Notes: generated by a model from the letters alone, not told the origin. A stretch of 64,000 nucleotides of DNA from a virus (IMGVR_UViG_3300009181_000073:1593-65592), one strand, 5' to 3'. Positions 37,104 to 47,387 are shown, numbered from the stretch's first letter. A program made the numbers and translations.

Positions 37104-37492
37104 TAGAGTCTCCTTAAAATTCTTTGGTAAGTAGCAGCTTCTCTTGTGCTATAAGGGTCAGGAACACATCTTCCTGTGTGGTACATACCAAATGCTCTAT
37201 CCATTCTCCTGCTACATCTCAAGGCTCTTTGTAACCCTCTCAGTGATGCTGCTGCACAATCTTGTAAACTATTTCTACAAAGTCTTGGACAACATGACAT
37301 TCCAAAAGGAATAACACCACCACGGGTACGAAACCCTGTTTCATAATAGCTAACGGTTAACATCATTGCTGCATCTTCTCTGGTTTGAGCAGTTGCAGTA
37401 ATTTGATGCGCCATTATTTCTGCTTGGTCTTGGGGCAAATATCTCGATAATGAGATTATAATGACCAAAACTGCTTGATATAAGAAATCCAT
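37103..37492 (-). CDS. putative lysozyme-like/transglycosylase protein with N-terminal hydrophobic segment
   Basis: SYYETGF (ES/ET catalytic-like) and MYHTG motifs; GGAGG RBS. Confidence 0.45.
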   Translation of the reverse strand: MDFLYQAVLVIIISLSRYLPQDQAEIMAHQITATAQTREDAAMMLTVSYYETGFRTRGGVIPFGMSCCPRLCRNSLQDCAAASLRGLQRALRCSRRMDRAFGMYHTGRCVPDPYSTREAATYQRILRRL

Positions 37493-37643
37493 TTTTCCTC
37501 CATTGTGTTTTTCAACACGGGTTGAGCCGTATAAGTAGGGTTACTCCTCTGTAAAACCATCTTACTTTTGGGTACACTATCCTACATCAACAGAGAAAAA
37601 ATAGATTGAGTTTAAAAAGGAGATATAAATGCGATTGATTAAA

Positions 37644-37886
37644 TCAACAGCCGGGTTCAGCATCCATTGATGGCGCTGCATCTTGGTGTGGTACTTGGGC
37701 ATCAGTACATCGAACAACAGAGTCAGGAGCAGCACCTACAGCCGCATCTGAGGAAGGAGGAACATCAGATGCATCTACTGCTACATCAGCAGTAGCATCG
37801 ACAGAAACAGGCGCTGTGCATGATTCACAGCCGCTAAATGTTAGAGCGGCAATAACTAGAAAAATCATTGTTGAGAAACGTGACAT
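37644..37886 (-). CDS. predicted lipoprotein
   Basis: Signal peptide ending in lipobox-like FSGC, then Asp/Ala-rich linker. Confidence 0.6.
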   Translation of the reverse strand: MSRFSTMIFLVIAALTFSGCESCTAPVSVDATADVAVDASDVPPSSDAAVGAAPDSVVRCTDAQVPHQDAAPSMDAEPGC

Positions 37887-37977
37887 GTTTGTAATACCTT
37901 TCATATGGTTGAGATTCTACAGCTTAACAAAATAGTAGTCAAGTGTTTATTAACCATGCTATATTTATTGGTTACAC

Positions 37978-38763
37978 ATGAAAACATTAAATGAAGAAGA
38001 TAAACCTGCTCTAGATGATAAAGCTATAAGCCAAATAGTTGTAGACACTTTGGTTAGCGCTACCAAAAAAAGCGATACAAAAAATAGACTGGAAGATGCA
38101 TTAAAAACTACACCAGTCTCCCCAAAGAAAATAGCAGATGCTCTGGCACCATCAAAAATAACTGGTAGCCAAAGTACCACTACTTCTAAAAGTACAAAAG
38201 GAACCACTGGCTCAAAACCAACCGGTAGCAAATCTATCAGTGACAATAATGATTCAAATCAAACTAATTCAACCGTCAGTGAAACTATATATAACAAAGG
38301 AAAAAATATGAATAGCACAAAATTAAAACTTATGATTCATGAAGAAGTTAAGAAATCCTATGGACATTTATCCATAAAAGAGCAACGGCTACTTGAAGAA
38401 GGTGTTTTTGATAGCGTGAAAAATGCTATTACCGGCACTGTAAGCAGTGCTGCAACTAAAGTAAAAGGTAAACTAGCAAAAATTCCAGGATTAGAATCTC
38501 TTTTGGCATCCGTTAAAGGAAAAACTAGCATAGGAGATTTATTAGTGACTATAGCAACTGCTCTTGGTGGACCAAAAGAAGATGCCGCAAAAGCACTAAG
38601 AAATGCAGCTGTTTTAGCCGATAAAGAAAAAGCCGAAGAAGCTAAAAATGCACCACCACCTGGAGCAGCATCTGGAGCAGCACCTGGGGCAGCACCTGGG
38701 GCAGCACCTGGGGCACCACTAAAAGAATTTGTTTCTTATTTGTTCGAAGGAACAGAACGCTGA
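37978..38763 (+). CDS. hypothetical protein with Pro/Ala/Gly repeats
   Basis: 261-aa ORF with GAAPG repeats. Confidence 0.7.
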   Translation: MKTLNEEDKPALDDKAISQIVVDTLVSATKKSDTKNRLEDALKTTPVSPKKIADALAPSKITGSQSTTTSKSTKGTTGSKPTGSKSISDNNDSNQTNSTVSETIYNKGKNMNSTKLKLMIHEEVKKSYGHLSIKEQRLLEEGVFDSVKNAITGTVSSAATKVKGKLAKIPGLESLLASVKGKTSIGDLLVTIATALGGPKEDAAKALRNAAVLADKEKAEEAKNAPPPGAASGAAPGAAPGAAPGAPLKEFVSYLFEGTER

Positions 38764-38765
38764 AA

Positions 38766-39026
38766 TTATCGCTTCTTGCGATAAACAGGGAGAAGCCATT
38801 GAAAAACATGGCTTGTAATCAAAGCCTTCAATTGACCATTACCTACCATCTCAATCTCATAAAGATCTTCTTCAACCTTACGAACAAATTGAAACTTTGA
38901 TCCAACTGGAATTCTAGTAATTGGATTACTTGTTCCAATTGATGGCATGCAAGGAATGTAGTTACCTTGCGATTCAGTCATGACAACTGAATATTCACGA
39001 TAAAACCTTGGCTCTTTGATCAACAT
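38766..39026 (-). CDS. hypothetical protein, leaderless
   Basis: TTGACC-N17-CATACT 6 nt before ATG. Confidence 0.6.
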   Translation of the reverse strand: MLIKEPRFYREYSVVMTESQGNYIPCMPSIGTSNPITRIPVGSKFQFVRKVEEDLYEIEMVGNGQLKALITSHVFQWLLPVYRKKR

Positions 39027-39057
39027 ACAGTTAGTATGTCAAATATTCAAACAAAGG

Positions 39058-39342
39058 TCAAGTCTTGGGTTGAGATTCTAATTTTTTTACTAATCGATTT
39101 AAACGGCTGCAAGTTTGAGAAATTATATGACGCATTGCACTTCCAACAGTATATGCTGATTTAAGCGCCTGTAGATGTTGAATTGTATTTTTTAACAAAC
39201 CAATATGTTTGGTAGAATCAATTGATACGTTTTTTTCTTTATAAAGAAAATCTGGCTTGCGAATCATATGATACTTCCACTTCTTGCTTTCTGCAAGAAT
39301 GGATTCCGCTATGATTTGCTTTAATGAATCTTCCGGTTTCAT
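39058..39342 (-). CDS. hypothetical protein
   Basis: LKQIIAESILAE N-terminus. Confidence 0.6.
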   Translation of the reverse strand: MKPEDSLKQIIAESILAESKKWKYHMIRKPDFLYKEKNVSIDSTKHIGLLKNTIQHLQALKSAYTVGSAMRHIISQTCSRLNRLVKKLESQPKT

Positions 39343-39348
39343 TTTATA

Positions 39349-39789
39349 TCATGCCGCAGCTGGTGGAGCAGCTGGTGGGGCAGCTGGCGGGGCAGCAGCT
39401 TCTGGTGCAGGAGGTGCTTCTGGTGCTGGTGGGGCAGCTGCCTCTGGAGTAGCAGTTTTATCTGAAACGTTCTGGACAATTTTACCAATGTTCCAAAGCA
39501 GAGTATCTAGTTTTTGTTTTTGATCATCTTCCATGGCTTTATAAAGTGTTGTTAATTGACCAAATACTTCTGGATCATCGAAAGATTTACCAGCACGAAT
39601 AACATTGAATCTTTCAATCATGTTTTCAATAGTCAGTGGATCACCACCTTTGCCTCTTGGTACGCCTGGACCACCATCTGGGGCTAGTGCTGGTGTAGCT
39701 GGGGCGGGAGGGGCAAGCTCTACTTCTTCTTGTTCTTTTAGAATTTTAGCCACATTAAAAAGAGACAAGGCAATTAAATTTTTTCTCAT
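39349..39789 (-). CDS. hypothetical protein with Pro/Ala tail
   Basis: GGAG RBS; AAPP repeats. Confidence 0.7.
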   Translation of the reverse strand: MRKNLIALSLFNVAKILKEQEEVELAPPAPATPALAPDGGPGVPRGKGGDPLTIENMIERFNVIRAGKSFDDPEVFGQLTTLYKAMEDDQKQKLDTLLWNIGKIVQNVSDKTATPEAAAPPAPEAPPAPEAAAPPAAPPAAPPAAA

Positions 39790-39805
39790 TAGATATTCTC
39801 CAGTA

Positions 39806-40225
39806 TTAAATATTCGTTACAAATAAAAGATCAACATTACACATAACTGCATTCATATCTTTTGCAGAAATATTAAGTGTTTTTGCCTTGCCTTCAAATA
39901 TTACATATTTTCTATTGGACATTCTAACTTCTAATTTAGTTAGAATGTTTTCTTTTTCGTTGAGAAACAAAAGGAAATCCGTAATCAAAATATATCCAGC
40001 AAGCTTAATTTTATCTTTATAGCTACGATAAGATTTTACCTGAATAGGGAAAGTAACTTCTTGCTCATTGTTAAAAAAGAACAATAAATTGATTGGATCA
40101 ATGATTTCTTTCTTAGAAATATCTTGATTAACAAAACCATCATTTTGTTCTTCCATGTCAATTTCTGATGCCTCATCGCTAACAATAAATCGTTCCCCTG
40201 CTGCATTAACAATCACTTTAGACAT
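39806..40225 (-). CDS. hypothetical protein
   Basis: AGGAG RBS. Confidence 0.65.
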   Translation of the reverse strand: MSKVIVNAAGERFIVSDEASEIDMEEQNDGFVNQDISKKEIIDPINLLFFFNNEQEVTFPIQVKSYRSYKDKIKLAGYILITDFLLFLNEKENILTKLEVRMSNRKYVIFEGKAKTLNISAKDMNAVMCNVDLLFVTNI

Positions 40226-40514
40226 TCTTACTCTCCTTAAATATTTTCAAAATTTTTTCGTATAAATCATTAATCAAAACTTTTTCTTTAGAAAAAAGCT
40301 TTACCGAAATACCCTCATCAACAGAATCGATCTCTAGCAATATCATTCTATTATGTTTTAAATGCAATATCTCAAATATTATTTCTTGTTTTTGATTTTC
40401 ATCAACGACATTTAAATTAAACTCAATAGAACATTCAGATATTTTATATATCTTTGGTTCTTCGTTTTCTTCAAAAGAATTTTTATGAAAAAATTTTGAT
40501 ATGATATCAAACAT
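40218..40514 (-). CDS. hypothetical protein
   Basis: ORF overlapping its neighbour. Confidence 0.55.
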   Translation of the reverse strand: MFDIISKFFHKNSFEENEEPKIYKISECSIEFNLNVVDENQKQEIIFEILHLKHNRMILLEIDSVDEGISVKLFSKEKVLINDLYEKILKIFKESKNV

Positions 40515-40519
40515 ATAAT

Positions 40520-40558
40520 AATAGGAAGCCAGTGTTGTTTTATGGCTTCCTATTTTTT
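40520..40558. terminator. intrinsic terminator-like hairpin
   Basis: AATAGGAAGCCA ... TGGCTTCCTATT with flanking A/T tracts. Confidence 0.55.
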
Positions 40559-40561
40559 AGA

Positions 40562-41782
40562 TTAAGCTTTGGCTTTACGTGCTGCAACAGCAGCAGCAGT
40601 AGAACCAGCTGGACGACCCCGAAGTGCAATTGATTTCAATTCTTTACGAATTTCTCTTACTTCTGGGTTTTGATCAATAAAATCTCCAAGAGAGTTAAAG
40701 TTTGTGCGTTTATCCATCTCTGCTTTAAATCCTTCATAAAGCTCACTAATGATCTCATCAATATAACGATCTGAATCTTCTGGATTATTTGCCGTGTGAA
40801 TAATCATATCCAGCACATCCTGACCTTCTCCAGCCATACGTGTAATCACATCATTGAAAACATCAATCTCTTGACTACCAAGGCTTTTTACACCTTGTTT
40901 ACGGAGCTCATCAGCAAAATCTGCAATACCTTCTGCAAATGCTTTTTGATGGTTTTGCTCGTCATCTTCACCAACTCCCTTAAATGCTTTTACCATCGAA
41001 TCGGAAAACATTGATGAATATTTGTCAACAGAACTATTAACAATTTTATTTAGACGGGTAAGCATATCCTTTGCATCCATCTTTGCATCTTGATCTGCAT
41101 TTGGATTTTTAAGGAAATCACTTAGAAGTGCAAGCATACCTTCATCACCAGAAACATGCTTAAGAGCACTCTCAATACGATTTAGAACTGATTGCTTGGT
41201 GGTTGTTTCAGTTGGATCAGCCGCAAGCAAATCTGCAATCGTTGTCTTGGCCTCTTCTGCACCTTTAACAGTGTCATAAGTACGAGCACCTTCTCCTGGC
41301 TCTTCGCCCTCTGATTTATCAGCCATGGCAGCTTGTAGCTGGCCATAATCAATGTGTGTGCCACCAAACTCCTTGGCATCCTTATAAGCCTTAACCATTT
41401 TAAATAATGGATCAGCATCCTTAGAGAAATTTGAATTAGCAAAAATCCAGCGGTTAAGATTTAGTTGCTCAACAAAATCATCTGGGCTTTTTGAATCTTC
41501 ATAAAGATCCATGACTTTCTTCATGTCTTCTTGGTCAAGCTTGAGACTTGACGATGGAGAAACAATGTAGGTTTTTAGAAACCAGCGGATAAAATCATTT
41601 TTAGATGGTTTCTTGGAAATTTCTTGTGTCTTTGTTCCAGACTCAAACCCATCCCATACCGCATTGTAATTCGAAGAACGATAAACTTTCTCGTCTTTCT
41701 TTTCTTCTTCGGCTTCTGCTAGCAAACGAGATACGAATTCATTGCGGACCATTGTGCGAATTTTTTCACGAAGTTGTGCCAT
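40562..41782 (-). CDS. hypothetical acidic helical protein
   Basis: 406-aa ORF with AAGGA RBS. Confidence 0.8.
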   Translation of the reverse strand: MAQLREKIRTMVRNEFVSRLLAEAEEEKKDEKVYRSSNYNAVWDGFESGTKTQEISKKPSKNDFIRWFLKTYIVSPSSSLKLDQEDMKKVMDLYEDSKSPDDFVEQLNLNRWIFANSNFSKDADPLFKMVKAYKDAKEFGGTHIDYGQLQAAMADKSEGEEPGEGARTYDTVKGAEEAKTTIADLLAADPTETTTKQSVLNRIESALKHVSGDEGMLALLSDFLKNPNADQDAKMDAKDMLTRLNKIVNSSVDKYSSMFSDSMVKAFKGVGEDDEQNHQKAFAEGIADFADELRKQGVKSLGSQEIDVFNDVITRMAGEGQDVLDMIIHTANNPEDSDRYIDEIISELYEGFKAEMDKRTNFNSLGDFIDQNPEVREIRKELKSIALRGRPAGSTAAAVAARKAKA

Positions 41783-41841
41783 TGTATTTATTCCTTTGTA
41801 AAAGTCTTTGTGTTAATTATGTTTCCAGGAAACTTTGTCCA

Positions 41842-42219
41842 TCAAACCCATTCGTGGATCTTGAGATTGTCATCAGTCATGACACGATCATCTTCATGAT
41901 TAAATCCTCTGCCGTCCATCAAAATATACATCCATGCATCCTCTTCAAAAGCTTTAAGCTTTACAAGCTCACGCCTATAAAAACTACCATTGCTCTCTAG
42001 CCGATCCAATGTGTTCAATGTCTTATCATCAATACGATATAATTCCCCAGAAATATGAAATCCATCCTTAGAATGGATTACTCCAGGAAAACTACACAAT
42101 GAAATCATTTTAAAATCTGCGGAACTTGTCATGTCAGAACCACAGTATTCACTGGATTGAAGCAGCCTATTGTTACCATAGCCATTTTTAAGACTGCCAT
42201 ATACAAATACGTTATGCAT
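41842..42219 (-). CDS. gamma-glutamylcyclotransferase (AIG2-like) family protein
   Basis: VFVYGSLK, GELY, LDRLE, YRR motifs. Confidence 0.85.
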   Translation of the reverse strand: MHNVFVYGSLKNGYGNNRLLQSSEYCGSDMTSSADFKMISLCSFPGVIHSKDGFHISGELYRIDDKTLNTLDRLESNGSFYRRELVKLKAFEEDAWMYILMDGRGFNHEDDRVMTDDNLKIHEWV

Positions 42220-42287
42220 TATGTCCCTCTGTTCTCAGTTAGATTACAGAGGAACTGTAACACGAATGCATAACCACCGTCAATAGT

Positions 42288-42893
42288 TCAGCTTAACCAG
42301 CTTTTCTTTTCTTTTTCGCCCTCAAGCCAATGCTGCAAACAACGTGGTTCATATGTTTCTTTGCCACCAATCAATACTTGATCCGTGCTGGATGCTGATA
42401 ACTTCCTAAATGTTCGTGTGGCATCTTCGCCGCATACAGAACAAATTCCTGAAAGCTTATAAACAACATCGGCAATCGAAAGAAGATAAGGCATAGAACC
42501 AAATGGAATACCATTACTATCCAAATCTAATCCTACAGCAACAACATCAATACCCTTTTCCAAATATGTTAATATTGAATTATTACAAAGATTAGTAAAG
42601 AATTGTGCCTCATCAATCAGCACAATATCAATACCCTCTAAATCTTCATTGGAAAGAACATCATTTACATCCAGCAAACGAACACTATGACCTGTTAGCT
42701 TTTTAAGCGATGTTCCATCGTGAGACACAATATCATCAATACTATATCGTTTATCAATGGTAGGCTTTACAACTATTGCTTTTTTATTCTCTTCAAGAGA
42801 AGTTTCTAATTCAGCAATTAAACTAGTCGTTTTTCCGCAAAACATCGGTGCAGCATATACAGTAAGCGTCCCTGTTTTTTTATTATTAATCAT
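42288..42893 (-). CDS. tdk: thymidine kinase
   Basis: PMFCGKTT, IDEAQF, GLDLD...PFG, CSVCG, YEPRC. Confidence 0.92.
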   Translation of the reverse strand: MINNKKTGTLTVYAAPMFCGKTTSLIAELETSLEENKKAIVVKPTIDKRYSIDDIVSHDGTSLKKLTGHSVRLLDVNDVLSNEDLEGIDIVLIDEAQFFTNLCNNSILTYLEKGIDVVAVGLDLDSNGIPFGSMPYLLSIADVVYKLSGICSVCGEDATRTFRKLSASSTDQVLIGGKETYEPRCLQHWLEGEKEKKSWLS

Positions 42894-43195
42894 GAATTAT
42901 ATGTAAACTCCAAAATTAAGTCTGGTCCTTTGTCATATCTTACCACTGTTACATCACGATATTCAACAGATTTCATAAGAGTTCCAGATAAATCATACTG
43001 TCTAACAATAAGACTCGTAAACCTAGTACCAATAACAGCAGATGTTAATGGATTATAAGCAACAAGAGGTCTTGTTAAACATAAAGAAACTTGACGAGAA
43101 TCTGTTCCAATGAATTTAGAACGAGAACTGTCAAACTGATATAACTCACTGCTGTTCGGTAAACCTACCGTAAAAGTATAATAATGATCTTTCAT
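42890..43195 (-). CDS. hypothetical protein
   Basis: ATGA-coupled to tdk. Confidence 0.55.
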   Translation of the reverse strand: MKDHYYTFTVGLPNSSELYQFDSSRSKFIGTDSRQVSLCLTRPLVAYNPLTSAVIGTRFTSLIVRQYDLSGTLMKSVEYRDVTVVRYDKGPDLILEFTYNS

Positions 43196-44066
43196 AGCAT
43201 ACTATATTACAAAGATCATTCAACTATGTTTACAGGCATAGTCCATCCTTTATAAGATTTAATCTTACCACTTGAAAGATTGATCATGCTTTGTTTTCTT
43301 AATCCATTCACTTTACAGAATTGACTAATATTCTTAAAAGTAACCTTATGGCCTTCTGGATTTATCATTGTATATGATTTGGCTATGCTGTCATATCTTG
43401 CTGCTTTTCTTTCAAATATCATTTCTTTTGTAATTCCATAAGCAGTCCAGCCCTTATAGTACCATTGAGTTCCTTTTGCTAAATTATATAACTGTGTACG
43501 CTCCATGTTATTCTCTCTAGAGAAATTTTCTAAATTATTAAACTCTACTACATTCCCTATAGGAGATAGTATTTTATACACTTTGCCGCTATGTGGTTTA
43601 TCAACAAATATACGATTCTTTACCACCCATGATCCACAACTCTTTCTGACACCTGATAAAAGTTTAGATATATGAGATTGATTAACCACATGTTTCTTGG
43701 CAAAAACTGAAGGATTAAAAACTTCTTCTTCAATTCCATTCTTTCTATTTACTATAATTCTACTAGAGAATTCCATATCAGCCATTCGCCATTGCCTATA
43801 ATCCAGTACTTCTTTGGTTACTAGTTTTTTAATCTCATTGTGATCTAAATTATATTTGCCGCAAAACCTTATCATATCCTCTACAACATATTCTTTGCCG
43901 TCTGGACCAATAAACCAATCACGGTCTTCTCTATATTTTTTTTTATTAAACTTCTGGCTTGCAGGAATAACAGCAATCTGATAGTGATTGTATCTCTGCT
44001 CATTGCCATATTCAGCAAATAGTTTGTTTAGATAATACTGTTCCCTTTCCATCCTAGAGACTTTAT

Positions 44067-45423
44067 TGCATGAGCAGAAAACCCACAGGCTCGTCCTGTG
44101 GGATGAATGCGAATAATTTAGAAAAATAAAACTTATGTTATATTTATCATCAAGCATAAAGTAATGGCACTACAAAACAAAACATATCAATACAGAATCT
44201 ATCCAAATTCAGAACAACAGCAGTTGTTCTCGAAAATGTTTGGATGCTCTCGTTTTGTTTGGAATTTCTTTCTTAACAAAGAAAAAGAACATTTTCTAAA
44301 AAATAAAGAAAAAATCGAAGAAGAAAGAACAAAAAACTATCTTTCTTACTATGACAATGCAAAAGCTTTAACTCTTTTAAAACAAGAACCAGAAACCAAG
44401 TTTCTGAAAGATGCAAACTCGCAAAGTTTGCAAACAACACTTAAAAATTTAGAGATTGCCTATAAAAGATTCTTCAAAAAGCAAAGTGGGTTTCCAAATT
44501 TCAAAAAGAAATTTGGAAAACAATCTATTTGCATTCCACAAAGCCTTTCAATCGAAAATGGAATGCTCCATATTCCAAAGTTTAAAACCGGAATCCAAAT
44601 CAAACAACACAGACCAATCAAAGGCAGAATAACAACTTCAACCATTACCAAAACACCAACCAACAAGTATTTTGTTTCTATTTCCGTGGAAGAAACTATT
44701 CATAACTTACCAAAAATAAACAATGCTGTTGGGGTTGATCTTGGAATCAAGAGTTTTGCTTTTTTGTCTAACGGAGAAGAGATATCGAATCCAAAATATC
44801 TTGTTAAGTATTCAAACCAACTAAAGAAACAGCAGCAGCAGCTTTCAAGTAAATTGAAAGGTTCAAATAGAAGAAACAAACAAAAGCTAAAAGTAGCAAA
44901 AATTCACGAAAGAGTTACCAATCTCCGAAAAGATTTTCAACATAAACTTTCTTTGAAATTAGTTCACGAAAACCAAGTGATTTGTATAGAAGATTTAAGT
45001 GTTAAAAACATGTTGAAAAACCACAACTTATCAAAAGCTATTCAAGATAGTTCTTGGAGTAGTTTTGTTAATTTGTTAGAATACAAGTGTAAATGGTACG
45101 GAAGAACATTAATCAAAGTTGATAGATTTTTTCCAAGTTCTAAAACTTGTTCGGACTGTGGCTACATCAATCAAAATCTAAAACTCAAAGATAGAGAATG
45201 GGTTTGTAAAGGTTGTGGAGTAGTCCATCAGAGGGATTGGAATGCATCAAAAAATATTCTTAAACAAGGATTAAACCTTGTTGATAGATCGTTCGGAACG
45301 AACGATTACGGGCATGGAGGAAACGTAAAACCAAGTGCAAACTTGGAAATTTCCGATGAAGTGCTTAAAGTTCTAGAGACAAACTCTTTAGAAGCTCACA
45401 GGCTTGTCCTGTGAGTAGTTCAC
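44067..45423 (+). mobile_element. IS200/IS605-family element, tnpB only (IS1341-like)
   Basis: Follows TTTAT; left hairpin CCCACAGG-CTCGT-CCTGTGGG, right hairpin CTCACAGG-CTTGT-CCTGTGAG; ends in TTCAC; no target duplication. Confidence 0.92.
44164..45414 (+). CDS. tnpB: TnpB RNA-guided nuclease
   Basis: N-terminal HTH; RuvC GVDLG, IEDL, RDWNA; Zn finger CSDC/CKGC; D-E-D triad intact. Confidence 0.95.
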   Translation: MALQNKTYQYRIYPNSEQQQLFSKMFGCSRFVWNFFLNKEKEHFLKNKEKIEEERTKNYLSYYDNAKALTLLKQEPETKFLKDANSQSLQTTLKNLEIAYKRFFKKQSGFPNFKKKFGKQSICIPQSLSIENGMLHIPKFKTGIQIKQHRPIKGRITTSTITKTPTNKYFVSISVEETIHNLPKINNAVGVDLGIKSFAFLSNGEEISNPKYLVKYSNQLKKQQQQLSSKLKGSNRRNKQKLKVAKIHERVTNLRKDFQHKLSLKLVHENQVICIEDLSVKNMLKNHNLSKAIQDSSWSSFVNLLEYKCKWYGRTLIKVDRFFPSSKTCSDCGYINQNLKLKDREWVCKGCGVVHQRDWNASKNILKQGLNLVDRSFGTNDYGHGGNVKPSANLEISDEVLKVLETNSLEAHRLVL

Positions 45424-45750
45424 TACCTGGAACTACTTCCACAATATCAAATACAAAATTACATTCTCCAGATTTGTTATAATCATTTTGCATAAATCTA
45501 TTATGATGTTTGTTTTTACGCAATGCTCTTAAATGCGCCATCCATCTGTCTTCAAACCAGTGTGTAGAACCAATATACATTCTACCGTTAAGTTTATTGA
45601 CAATAGAATATATGCCAGCATGTTTGGAATTACCGCTATATCTTAATTCTGCCGTTATAACAACTTTGTTCCAAGACATATCATAATCTCCAAAAAACAA
45701 GACCCCCGATAGTTTCCTTCGGAGGTCTTATTAATATTCAATCTATTCTA

Positions 45751-46038
45751 TCATGTAAAACGTTGAGATTTTCCGTTTTGTCCAAAATGTTTTGTCTTAC
45801 CTGTCATAGCCCTTAAATCAGGACTATTGTGATGTGCTGCTTTACTTGGCGTATCAGACTTGCCTTCTACAGCACGTTTGATCTCATCATTTATTCTTTT
45901 TATTAACCATCGCTTGTAAACAACTGGGAAATGATAATATGTTTCCCAGTCCATACCAGCATAATATGTTAATATAAAAAATGGTTCAAGCAGTACATCT
46001 TCCTTATGTTCACTTGTTAGGCCAAAAGAATTCCGCAC
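45751..46038 (-). CDS. small protein adjacent to the baseplate hub gene
   Basis: FILTYYAGMDWETYYHFPVVYKRW; pattern and position typical of tail assembly chaperones. Confidence 0.5.
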   Translation of the reverse strand: MRNSFGLTSEHKEDVLLEPFFILTYYAGMDWETYYHFPVVYKRWLIKRINDEIKRAVEGKSDTPSKAAHHNSPDLRAMTGKTKHFGQNGKSQRFT

Positions 46039-46909
46039 CTAGTGGTACGTTCATCACCTCCTGATGGCCGCAACCATTACAAACGAACTCGGAGGTCATA
46101 TCAATACCGGGTTCATTATCTGTAAGAATTTTACGTAATGTTAGTGAATCCTTGGCAGGCATATATTGACAGAACTGGTTAATGAAGCTTCTATCGGTAG
46201 ATCCATCAATAGCAATGATAGAAAACATAAGTTTGGTGGTGACAAGGTTTTCTTGCACGATACCTTTCTTACGTTTTGCTTCCATGTCTTGAAGCATTCT
46301 TTCTTCTTCTTTTCCGGTAAGGAATTTAAAGATTACTGTCTTCTTTGATACAGGAAGATCGACTTCAAAAGCATTGTGACCAGGAGCAGCTTGTTTTAGC
46401 TTCTGGAGATCAAGTTCTTTAATAGGAAGGCTTTGGAGATCCAGGGAGAAGTCCTGCTGAGTATCGCAAGAAGGGCAAGTTACCTTGGGTGCATATTCAG
46501 CACCGTACCCAGTAATACGAACTGCAACCATGAGAGCATTGCGATCCCCAGAAATCAATGAGTTGACATCAATGCTTTTATCAAGTACACATGACTTGAG
46601 AAGCTCTGTAATAACAGTACCTTTACGAACCAAGGTACGATTCATTAGAATATCTTCTTCTTTTGCAGTCATTGATTTGATATCGATGTTTTCTGCTAGA
46701 TGAAGTGGACCATCTGAATAAACCAAACCACGTGATGGAAGTGGTACAGATGCAACTGGTAGTTCGAAACCTAAATCTTTACGTGCTGTTTGTGAAGCCG
46801 TTTGTAAAGGAATTCCACCAGGGCCAACCATTGGACCACCTTCAAGTGCTGATCTTGTTGCAAAGATGCTATTCTTAAGTTCTCTGCTTTCGTCGTCTGT
46901 CATAGCCAT
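46010..46909 (-). CDS. T4 gp26-like baseplate hub assembly protein
   Basis: VPLPSRG, MTAKEEDIL, RITGYG.EY, CPSC and CNGC. Confidence 0.75.
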   Translation of the reverse strand: MAMTDDESRELKNSIFATRSALEGGPMVGPGGIPLQTASQTARKDLGFELPVASVPLPSRGLVYSDGPLHLAENIDIKSMTAKEEDILMNRTLVRKGTVITELLKSCVLDKSIDVNSLISGDRNALMVAVRITGYGAEYAPKVTCPSCDTQQDFSLDLQSLPIKELDLQKLKQAAPGHNAFEVDLPVSKKTVIFKFLTGKEEERMLQDMEAKRKKGIVQENLVTTKLMFSIIAIDGSTDRSFINQFCQYMPAKDSLTLRKILTDNEPGIDMTSEFVCNGCGHQEVMNVPLGAEFFWPNK

Positions 46910-47006
46910 AATATAATATCTCCAGTATCTTTAGATGTACTTCTACATAGTGTACATGAATAATATATTATTGTTTATTAATTCTTAGAGGGGAAAATGG
47001 AGAAAA

Positions 47007-47387
47007 TTAAATTTCAGACTTGACTGCATCACTAACTGGCATTGGCTCAGTTGATGGTTTTTTATCTTTTTTGCCGTGATTTTCTTCTTTTTTAGCATTT
47101 GGAAGATTTTTTAGTACGTTTGCGGCATGGACCACTGCTTCAATTACTTTGGAATGCATATCAGCCATTGTTTGGCTATAGATTTGTTGATGATCATCAT
47201 CCATTTCATCTGGATTCAATAAGTCGAGAGCATCAACCATGTTTTCTTCAAACTTCATTGCTGCTTGTTGTGCTTCAATGGTCAATGAACGAATAGCTTG
47301 AAATTTAACGCCTTCTTTTAAAAGAAGGATTTTCTTTTCCACCATAAGTGAAACAAGCTTCTTTAATTTTTCTTCTGTTAACATCAT
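47007..47387 (-). CDS. hypothetical protein
   Basis: LTEEKLKKLV N-terminus. Confidence 0.65.
   Translation of the reverse strand: MMLTEEKLKKLVSLMVEKKILLLKEGVKFQAIRSLTIEAQQAAMKFEENMVDALDLLNPDEMDDDHQQIYSQTMADMHSKVIEAVVHAANVLKNLPNAKKEENHGKKDKKPSTEPMPVSDAVKSEI

Larger units (their letters stand above)
43216..45679 (-). pseudogene. GIY-YIG homing endonuclease interrupted by the tnpB element
   Basis: GIYSI...MYIGS N-terminal half; removing 44067-45423 joins VEVVPG|NKVSRMEREQYYL in frame; C-terminal repeats ending KGW. Confidence 0.88.

Noticed and set aside
43216-44157. 313-aa ORF as an independent gene, and 45365-45700 as another
   Set aside because: Their termini read through IS ends. They are the two halves of one interrupted GIY-YIG gene.
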